From IMG/VR virus record IMGVR_UViG_3300028048_000068, positions 64,001 through 128,000 of that record: DNA of 64,000 nucleotides; one strand, written 5' to 3'. The stretch's first letter is position 1. Every line of letters starts with the position of its first letter. The translations under genes and the position numbers were made by a program. Source of the stretch: a virus. Lineage: Duplodnaviria > Caudoviricetes. Under the pieces are notes generated by a model, which was not told the origin of the DNA, did not search any database, and was given only the letters and a program-made list of their open reading frames with translations. This document shows positions 57,171-64,000 of the stretch, piece by piece.

Positions 57171-57623
57171 ATGGCAGAATATTTAGCTAATGCTACACAA
57201 CTGGTTGACCTTAATCAGCCAGTAGTATTCAGTGCTTCTATTCCGTGTCAGAATGGATATGTAATTCATGAAGACGAAACTGGAATTTTTATTCTACGAG
57301 GCGCTACTCCTAATTGCTTTGCAAGATACCAAGTTACTTTTAATGGTAATATTGCTGTACCTGAAGGTGGAACAGTTGGACCGATTGCGGTTTCAATTGC
57401 GGTTAATGGCGAAGCTAGAACGACTTCGCGCGCGATTGTAACGCCGGCCGCGGTAGAAGAGTATAACAATGTAACTTCAACTGCAATTGTAACTGTCCCA
57501 CGTGGATGCTGCTTCAGTGTTAGCGTCCGCGCAGTCAGCGGAATTGTCGATGATGCGGCAGGTACCCCTGCGCCGGCAATTAATGTAACCAATTCTAACT
57601 TGGTAATCAACAGAATCGCATAG
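57171..57623 (+). CDS. Operon gene 5: beta-sandwich protein, BclA-CTD/C1q-like
   Basis: All-beta pattern G.F.L.G....YQVTFNGNI...V.V.......IN..N.NL.I.RIA. The start follows GGAGG. Confidence 0.55.
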   Translation: MAEYLANATQLVDLNQPVVFSASIPCQNGYVIHEDETGIFILRGATPNCFARYQVTFNGNIAVPEGGTVGPIAVSIAVNGEARTTSRAIVTPAAVEEYNNVTSTAIVTVPRGCCFSVSVRAVSGIVDDAAGTPAPAINVTNSNLVINRIA

Positions 57624-57634
57624 GAGGTATATGT

Positions 57635-58147
57635 ATGGAAAAGAAAACAATGGATGCTCTCCGCGCGATGCTTTGTGGAGAGATTGAGGATATTGCAAAG
57701 AAAGGCAATTTAACTCATGAGTCGCTGGATATATTAAAGGACTTAATTGAAACCGAAAAGAATTTAGGTAAAATTGAATACTATGATAAAGAAAAAGAAG
57801 AGTCTCAGGCACTTATGATTCCGGGATATAGTCAGAGAAAGTATTATATAGATGCTGACTATCAACCAGGCCAGATGTCATACGCTGGGCCGCGAGGTTC
57901 ATACAACATGGGCGGAGGCTCATACGGTATGGGCGGAAACTCATATGGCGGCCGCATGGTTTATGATGTTGATAGAAACTCTTATATGTATATGACTCCG
58001 CAATATGACCAATCAATGGCAAGAGGATATAGTAGAACAGGGTCGAAGACGGAGATGGTAGAAGAGTTAAAGACTATGATGAATGAGACCACCGATCAGA
58101 CAGTGAAAACAGCTATTCAAGATGCTATTGCTAAAATGAATAAGTAA
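57635..58147 (+). CDS. Operon gene 6: helical ends with a Tyr/Gly/Met/Ser low-complexity core
   Basis: GSYNMGGGSYGMGGNSYGG and RGYSR. Confidence 0.75.
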   Translation: MEKKTMDALRAMLCGEIEDIAKKGNLTHESLDILKDLIETEKNLGKIEYYDKEKEESQALMIPGYSQRKYYIDADYQPGQMSYAGPRGSYNMGGGSYGMGGNSYGGRMVYDVDRNSYMYMTPQYDQSMARGYSRTGSKTEMVEELKTMMNETTDQTVKTAIQDAIAKMNK

Positions 58148-58152
58148 GTTTG

Positions 58153-58181
58153 AAAACGGGTACTATATGTACCCGTTTTTT
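58153..58181 (+). terminator. Intrinsic terminator
   Basis: AAAACGGGTAC-TATAT-GTACCCGTTTTTT. Confidence 0.88.
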
Positions 58182-58293
58182 GTATACGAAATACGTTGAG
58201 AGCGGCCGCTCAATTTCTTGTATAAGTCAGTTCAACTTGCTCATAAAATAGGTTGACCGCGCGCCCTCAACGTACAACTTCTACGTTCAAAAT

Positions 58294-58322
58294 TTGACTT
58301 TGTGTACCTTTTGTTATATACT
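58294..58322 (+). promoter_or_regulatory. Sigma-A promoter
   Basis: TTGACT-17-TATACT. Confidence 0.65.
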
Positions 58323-58388
58323 ATTAATAGAGGGTATGCATATCCATGTTAGACTAAAATTAAACTTATACCTACGGAGGACAAGACA

Positions 58389-58640
58389 ATGAAAGTTAAA
58401 ACTTTTAAAGGACAGTATGAATTAGTCGAATTTGACCATTACATGGACGCTAATGATGGTGCAATGGTATGCGTACTAGATTTACTTTTACGTACAGACG
58501 ATTTAGACCATGTAGAAGATGAATTACACGACATCTTCGCGGTAGATACAGACAAACAGTCATATGTATTTTCACACTATGAAATTACTGATTGTTTTAT
58601 TGATGATAACGGCCTTGTTCGAGTAATTTGTGTCAAGTGA
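58389..58640 (+). CDS. Stand-alone small acidic hypothetical protein
   Basis: 83 aa with its own promoter, RBS and terminator. Confidence 0.7.
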   Translation: MKVKTFKGQYELVEFDHYMDANDGAMVCVLDLLLRTDDLDHVEDELHDIFAVDTDKQSYVFSHYEITDCFIDDNGLVRVICVK

Positions 58641-58659
58641 AAATTTAATTTTCGAGATT

Positions 58660-58686
58660 GAGAACGGGCATCGGCTCGTTCTTTTT
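58660..58686 (+). terminator. Intrinsic terminator
   Basis: GAGAACGGGC-ATCG-GCTCGTTCTTTTT. Confidence 0.75.
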
Positions 58687-58703
58687 CTTATGTCCTAAAA
58701 AGG

Positions 58704-58733
58704 TAAAGTTAACGCGTCTAATCTCTACTTATT
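58704..58733 (+). promoter_or_regulatory. Putative late promoter TAAAG-N17-TACTTATT
   Basis: Shared motif, heading the second structural operon. Confidence 0.6.
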
Positions 58734-58765
58734 AGATAGAGAAATTTTGTGTGAGGTAAACAAAT

Positions 58766-59191
58766 ATGATTATACGTGGAACAACACCATATCATAATTT
58801 CATACTTCCAATTTTAGTAGAAGATATAAAAGCAATCTATGTAACTTATTTACAGAATGATGAGGTTATTCTCGATAAAAAAATGTTAGAAGGTGAAGAA
58901 GAAAGTAGCGACTTTATAATTGCTAATTTAAAAGACCTTGAAAATGCTTCAATGGAAGACCTTTCTGAAGAAGAGCGTGAATCTTGCCAATTATCTCTTC
59001 ACCTTTCTCAAGAAGATACACTTGCTTTTCACTTCTATCCCGCTGCAAGAAAAAATATCGCAGTAATTCAAATACGTATTCTTACAACTGACGACGAAGC
59101 ATTTGCTTCAATGCCTATCAATGAACGTATTTTCGGTGTGCTCCACGATGGGGTAATTCCAGACCAAGAGGAGTCAACAAATGAAGGGTAA
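58766..59191 (+). CDS. BppU-N-like baseplate/fibre adaptor
   Basis: RGTTP...LSQEDTL.F......QIR pattern. Confidence 0.55.
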   Translation: MIIRGTTPYHNFILPILVEDIKAIYVTYLQNDEVILDKKMLEGEEESSDFIIANLKDLENASMEDLSEEERESCQLSLHLSQEDTLAFHFYPAARKNIAVIQIRILTTDDEAFASMPINERIFGVLHDGVIPDQEESTNEG

Positions 59192-59375
59192 TAGCGATAG
59201 AAGTTTCAAAGTACAATTTAATACTTCGGGAAACACATATTCAAAAATTAAGTTCAATAGAACGACTAATAACTTCAAACCAAAGGCGGAAGTTACTCCT
59301 ACCGAGCAAGATATATATTACGATGAAATAATATACTACGACGGAGGAGGCGTGCACGGATATGGCGACGATTAA
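59181..59375 (+). CDS. Small hypothetical protein
   Basis: 64 aa, overlapping its neighbours. Confidence 0.55.
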   Translation: MKGNSDRSFKVQFNTSGNTYSKIKFNRTTNNFKPKAEVTPTEQDIYYDEIIYYDGGGVHGYGDD

Positions 59376-59676
59376 AAAGCATGTTAAGGCTATAATTCAA
59401 CTGCGCCGCGCCACTGAGCCAGAGTGGATTGAGGTTAATCCAATCCTGCGCGTAGGCGAACCGGCGCTCTCAACGGATGTTTATAAATTAAAAATCGGCA
59501 ATGGACATGACCATTGGTCAGATATTCCTTATTTACTTCAATCTGAATATGAGCAAATTATGGATTTAATAGACTATGGTATGTATAAGGCTGGTAATGG
59601 AATTACTTTAGACAATAGAGTAATTGCATTGGACGATTTAATTCTTGATTGTGGCACTAGTACCACAAATATATAG
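59362..59676 (+). CDS. Mtd-N / hyaluronidase-N-like fibre module
   Basis: IQLRR.T...W...NPIL..GE....TD...KIGNG...W..IPY. Confidence 0.7.
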   Translation: MATIKKHVKAIIQLRRATEPEWIEVNPILRVGEPALSTDVYKLKIGNGHDHWSDIPYLLQSEYEQIMDLIDYGMYKAGNGITLDNRVIALDDLILDCGTSTTNI

Positions 59677-59686
59677 GAGGTGGACT

Positions 59687-60079
59687 ATGAGTGCTACAGT
59701 TAATACAAGGATTCAATTAAAAAGAGATACTACTCAACATTGGAATGAAGCTATTGGATTTGTTCCTTTGCCTGGTGAAGTTATAGTCTATGAAGACTAT
59801 GAAACTAAGACTTATGAAGTAGAAGAATATGGTGAAATAGTTACAAAAACTGTTAATATACCTAATATAAAAATTGGAACTGGAAATGCTTATGTTCAAG
59901 ACTTAGCTTTCGTAGATGAAAAAACGCGTGATATATTAATGGCTCATATACAGAACCACGATATTCACGTAACATTAGCCGAAAAATTATTTTGGAATAA
60001 TAAAATTAACGTTGATGACGCAGATGAACAAATATCTGGCGAGCTAGAAGATGAAACGTTAATTCTTAATAGAAATTAA
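59687..60079 (+). CDS. Mtd-N-like fibre module
   Basis: RIQLKRDT...W......P..GE.I.Y...KIG.G......L.F. The start follows GGAGG. Confidence 0.65.
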   Translation: MSATVNTRIQLKRDTTQHWNEAIGFVPLPGEVIVYEDYETKTYEVEEYGEIVTKTVNIPNIKIGTGNAYVQDLAFVDEKTRDILMAHIQNHDIHVTLAEKLFWNNKINVDDADEQISGELEDETLILNRN

Positions 60080-60092
60080 AAGGAGAGATAAC

Positions 60093-61394
60093 ATGGCGGA
60101 AATTAGTAAAATAACGTTACCTTCTGGTAATACCTATGAACTCAAAGACGCGACAGCTCGCCAAATGATTAGCGGCGGTGTTAGTTTTATAGTAGCATGG
60201 GATGGTACTGGTACTGCCGTTGCAGCAAATGTGCCGAAAGGCGTTAATGCTGGTGGTGTTACGGGTACGTTGGAAGCGGCCGATGCTCAGGCGGGCGCAT
60301 TTTATTTAGTTAAATCAGCATCTACACCAAGTTCAGAAACATTAGATATTTATGATGAATATGTAGTTATTGGTTCAACTACAAAAAGTTGGGAAAAAAT
60401 TGGAGATACTCAACTTAATTTATCTGATGTAGTTACTGGAGTTAGTTTAACTAAACAAACTGATGTAGTACTTGGTGAAGCGACTACTTTTACAAATGCT
60501 AGTTCATCAGTTTCATTTACTGGTGGAACTACTGATAAGGTACTCGGTGAAGCTACAACTTTTTCTGTAAGTAAACCAGCTATTACAGTTACTCCATCAA
60601 CTACTAATATTAAAGCTACTGCTAGTGGTGCAGCAGTTGGAGCGAATGGTACAGCAAAAGTAATTACCGGATTTGGTACTCATACAACAGATACTTTTGT
60701 TAAGTCAGTTACTGCTGAAACTGGAAAGAATTTAGTTACGACTACAGTACCTAATGTTACTGGTAATACTACTGTAACAATTCCTAATGTAACTGGAAAT
60801 ACAAATGTTACTATTCCAAATGTGACAAGTGTGGGTAGTGCTTCTACATGGAATTTTGCGATGGGAAGTGGCGATGCCGCAGAAACTTTAATTATTAGTG
60901 GAGCTAATTCAACTGCACCAACTTTAGGAACAGCTTTAAGTGCTTCAAAAGTAACACTTGGAACTGCGCTTACTGCAACAAATACGACACTTGGTACTGC
61001 GAAGACGGTAGCTACAGGAGCTACATCAACTACTGGTACTGGTGATGCAGTTGTTACTGGAGTTACTGTAGGTGATTCAGCTACAGCTATTACAGCTCTT
61101 GGAACTCCTACTACAGCAGATGCATTAACAGGAGTTAAGGTTACTACACAACCTACAATTGCACTTGCTACTGGCGCCACAGCTGGTACTGGAGTTATTA
61201 GTGTTGCAACTGGAATCAGTTCGGCTACTGCTGGAGACCAAACAGTCACAGTTGGTACAAATGATAAGGTTACGGCTGTTACTGGAATTGGAACAGGTAC
61301 TGCGGCAGCTCAAACGATTACAGTTGGAACTAATGATAAGGTTACCGTACTTAAGAATACTACAGATGTTAGCGTAACAAAAGGCAACGCATAA
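60093..61394 (+). CDS. Thr/Gly/Ala-rich fibre-like virion protein
   Basis: ISKITLPSG.TY.LKD..AR start, WEKIG, and internal repeats (VTIPNVTGNT; TVGTNDKVT). Confidence 0.65.
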   Translation: MAEISKITLPSGNTYELKDATARQMISGGVSFIVAWDGTGTAVAANVPKGVNAGGVTGTLEAADAQAGAFYLVKSASTPSSETLDIYDEYVVIGSTTKSWEKIGDTQLNLSDVVTGVSLTKQTDVVLGEATTFTNASSSVSFTGGTTDKVLGEATTFSVSKPAITVTPSTTNIKATASGAAVGANGTAKVITGFGTHTTDTFVKSVTAETGKNLVTTTVPNVTGNTTVTIPNVTGNTNVTIPNVTSVGSASTWNFAMGSGDAAETLIISGANSTAPTLGTALSASKVTLGTALTATNTTLGTAKTVATGATSTTGTGDAVVTGVTVGDSATAITALGTPTTADALTGVKVTTQPTIALATGATAGTGVISVATGISSATAGDQTVTVGTNDKVTAVTGIGTGTAAAQTITVGTNDKVTVLKNTTDVSVTKGNA

Positions 61395-61409
61395 TAGGGG
61401 GTGATTTAA

Positions 61410-61841
61410 ATGGCAAATATAAGTGCTATTAAATTACCTAATGGGACGACATATACATTAAAAGATAACGGGGCTTTGCAACTGACCGGAGGCCAGGTAA
61501 CTGGCCCCGTTAGTTTTGGTGATTCGGTTTCTATTGATGAGGCTACCTTAGGAGATTTAGTTGTCAATGGAAGCGCTAGTTTTACGAATGGGATTGCTAA
61601 TTTTAAATCTGTATCGGTTTCACTTCCAGTTGCTTCTTGGTCTTCAAATTCACAAACGGTTACTGTTTCGGGGGTTACTGCAACAAATACTGTTGTAGTT
61701 TCTCCTGCGCCTGCTTCTTTTGGAGATTATAGTACTAGTGTGGTACATTGTACTGCACAGGGAAGTAATTCATTGACTTTTACTTGCAGTGAGGTGCCAG
61801 CAGGCGCACTAACAGTTAATGTATTAATAATGAATATTTAA
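61410..61841 (+). CDS. Fibre-associated protein
   Basis: N-terminus is paralogous to that of the previous gene. Confidence 0.65.
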   Translation: MANISAIKLPNGTTYTLKDNGALQLTGGQVTGPVSFGDSVSIDEATLGDLVVNGSASFTNGIANFKSVSVSLPVASWSSNSQTVTVSGVTATNTVVVSPAPASFGDYSTSVVHCTAQGSNSLTFTCSEVPAGALTVNVLIMNI

Positions 61842-61855
61842 GGAGGTGAGAAGGA

Positions 61856-63376
61856 ATGATATTTAATATGGTCGGTGGTGCCGGCTCTGGAGAATCACTT
61901 CTCATCTCTGATACTATAGATGCGAATGGGGGTACTATTCGTACTATTACTGGAAAGGTTGTAAAACTACAAACGAAGACAATTACGCCAACAAGTTCTG
62001 TTCAGAATGTATTACCTGATACAGGATATGATGGCTTTAGTCAAGTTACAGTTGGGGCGTCGAGTGGCTCAACGATTAATAATCAAAATAAAACAGTTAG
62101 TCCGTCTACTTCACAGCAAACTATAACGGCAGATTCTGGATATACGGGATTAGGTACGGTCACCGTCAATGCAATGCCAACTATGACGCTTCCAACGTCG
62201 GCATCATCTTCTGCTACGTCTGGTTATACTTCCAAAGCTACAATTGGACGTAGTACCGCGGCCCAGTATATAAATATACCACCGGGTTACAATAGTGCCG
62301 GTGCATATTATGTAATTAGTGCAGTAGCTAATGGTTCGGCAACTGGACCGACAAGTTTGAGTGGTTCAAGTGCTACAATTACAACCGGCACTAATACAAT
62401 CACACTTACCAAAACCGGTGTTACAACAACGCCAACTGTCTCTGCTGGTTATGTATCCAGCGCGACGGCATCAACTGCTACGGTGGCGCTCACTGCGTCA
62501 GTCACAGTCAATCCAACTCCGACGGCATCAGGGGCAACGGTTACAATACCAGCTGGTTATTACAGCGCACAAACAACTAAATCAGTTACATCTGGTAGTG
62601 CGACAGCGCCTTCATCAATCAGTGGGACGGCCGCGAGTGTAAGTACAGGCACAAATACATTAACACTTACAAAGACAGTTAGTGTAACGCCGACAGTTAC
62701 TGCAGGCTATGTAAGTAGTGGAACGGCAGGCAATAGCTCAGTTTCACTTACCGCTTCTGTTACAACCAAAGCGGCAGCTACAATAACTCCTACAACTACA
62801 AATCAAACAATTGCGGCTGGTACATATCTCACTGGCATCCAAACAATTGCAGGAGATGCTGACCTTGTAGCTGCAAATATAAAGAAAAATGTTAACATTT
62901 TCGGAGTTACAGGTAGTTACGAACCAGATGATTTTATTGTTACATTAACTCAAGATTCAAATAATAATTGGGTTCCAGATTGTACTTTTGCTGAATTAGC
63001 AGCGGCATATAGTAGTGGTAAAAATATAAGCTATTATGCTGAGTATCCTGCTGTTGCTACTGGTTCAGGTAGTTATAATGATTTTGATAATGTTATTAGT
63101 TATATCGTAATAGAAGATTTTGCAAATGGTAATAGTTGGGGAGTTGTTGAAAAATCATATAAATTTAAGTCATCTGGAGTAACCCTAGATTTAACAGATA
63201 CTTATTATTTAACTGGCACTGCTACAGCTCAACCATCTAATGTAGTTTCTGGTCAAATTTTCTTTAATGGTAGTGGTTATCAAACTGGTACATTAGACCT
63301 TACGGACGTATATATTCGTAGTGCTGCGCCGACTTCATGGGTTGGTAGCGATGGCGATATATATATTCAAGAATAG
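61856..63376 (+). CDS. Thr/Ser-rich fibre-like protein with internal repeats
   Basis: K...P....Q....D.GY.G...VTV repeats, GDADLVAANIKKNVNIFGVTG, and a GSDGDIYIQ end. Confidence 0.65.
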   Translation: MIFNMVGGAGSGESLLISDTIDANGGTIRTITGKVVKLQTKTITPTSSVQNVLPDTGYDGFSQVTVGASSGSTINNQNKTVSPSTSQQTITADSGYTGLGTVTVNAMPTMTLPTSASSSATSGYTSKATIGRSTAAQYINIPPGYNSAGAYYVISAVANGSATGPTSLSGSSATITTGTNTITLTKTGVTTTPTVSAGYVSSATASTATVALTASVTVNPTPTASGATVTIPAGYYSAQTTKSVTSGSATAPSSISGTAASVSTGTNTLTLTKTVSVTPTVTAGYVSSGTAGNSSVSLTASVTTKAAATITPTTTNQTIAAGTYLTGIQTIAGDADLVAANIKKNVNIFGVTGSYEPDDFIVTLTQDSNNNWVPDCTFAELAAAYSSGKNISYYAEYPAVATGSGSYNDFDNVISYIVIEDFANGNSWGVVEKSYKFKSSGVTLDLTDTYYLTGTATAQPSNVVSGQIFFNGSGYQTGTLDLTDVYIRSAAPTSWVGSDGDIYIQE

Positions 63377-63386
63377 GAGGTGAGTT

Positions 63387-64000
63387 ATGTCTAAAACAAT
63401 AAACGTACAAGACACCTATACCTCCAATACAGTTAGTTTTGATTCAACGAACTCCAATTATGCTTCTGTAGTAAGTGGTTATCCAATAGAAAATGGTATT
63501 GGTGATGGTAGTGGTACATATGCAGGTTTTGTACTTGCGAATGGTTCTAGTGCCGTCACCAACATATATTATAATTTCAATTGTAGTGGCATACCATCGG
63601 GCGCGACGATTACGTCCGTGGCTTGCCGTGCGAGAGCATCAAGGTCTTCAACAAGCTCAAACTATATTGCAAGTGCATATTTACAATTATGTACTGGTAC
63701 AACAACCAAGGGTTCTCAAACAAGTGTTGCTACAACAACCGCGACTTACTTTGATTTAACTCCTGGTACTTGGACGCGCGCTGAACTTCAAAATGCAAAA
63801 ATTAGATTTAGAGGTACAAGAGGTACTCGTAGTACTTCTTCAACCTCTTATTCATTAAGATTTTTCGGAGCAGTTTTAACAGTTGAATATACCTATCAAG
63901 GTCTTGCATACACAGTTACAGCTACAAGTTCAGTAACTGGAGTTACAACCGACCCAGTAACACAAGATGTAATTGCTGGTAATGATTGTGAAGTTATAAT
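63387..64000 (+). CDS. Ser/Thr-rich virion protein, 3'-truncated by the window
   Basis: GGAGG RBS, then MSKTINVQDTYTSN..., open to the window end. Confidence 0.7.
   Translation, partial: MSKTINVQDTYTSNTVSFDSTNSNYASVVSGYPIENGIGDGSGTYAGFVLANGSSAVTNIYYNFNCSGIPSGATITSVACRARASRSSTSSNYIASAYLQLCTGTTTKGSQTSVATTTATYFDLTPGTWTRAELQNAKIRFRGTRGTRSTSSTSYSLRFFGAVLTVEYTYQGLAYTVTATSSVTGVTTDPVTQDVIAGNDCEVI

Noticed and set aside
47497-63376. Diversity-generating retroelement suggested by Mtd-N-like modules and fibre repeats
   Set aside because: No reverse transcriptase was seen, and no TR/VR pair differing only at adenines.
759-63759. Many overlapping or antisense ORFs in the track (e.g. 759-1106, 25428-25757, 49296-49865, 55600-55977, 56458-56898, 60680-61249, 63493-63759)
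   Set aside because: They are shadows of well-supported genes and lack RBSs or recognisable motifs.
1-64000. CRISPR array, tRNA or rRNA genes
   Set aside because: No regularly spaced direct repeats or cloverleaf sequences were recognised by eye.

Overview
An AT-rich segment of a large tailed dsDNA phage. GGAGG RBSs, sigma-A promoters and an anaerobic NrdDG suggest an anaerobic Firmicutes (Clostridia-like) host. Layout: (1) the 3' part of a tape-measure gene on + (<2-2908); (2) a ~34.6 kb replication and nucleotide-metabolism block on - (RuvC-like, dUTPase, ThyX-like, NrdG/NrdD, DnaE, RecJ, primase, DnaB-like helicase, AAA ATPase, SSB-like, GyrA/GyrB, UvrD-like) carrying many homing endonucleases; (3) tail, baseplate and fibre genes on + (37.6-54.3 kb and 58.8-64 kb); (4) an insulated six-gene operon of unknown function (54.5-58.1 kb). 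Three group I introns can be mapped to the nucleotide: in thyX, in nrdD, and in gene 4 of the six-gene operon. Other notable signals: a structured leader that can pair over 1.1 kb within that operon; a second promoter class (TARAG-N17-YACTTAT) coupled to RBS-hiding hairpins upstream of two homing endonucleases; strong over-representation of GCGGCCG; and GATC avoidance except in a distal tail cassette. All calls come from reading the sequence by eye, and no searches were run.
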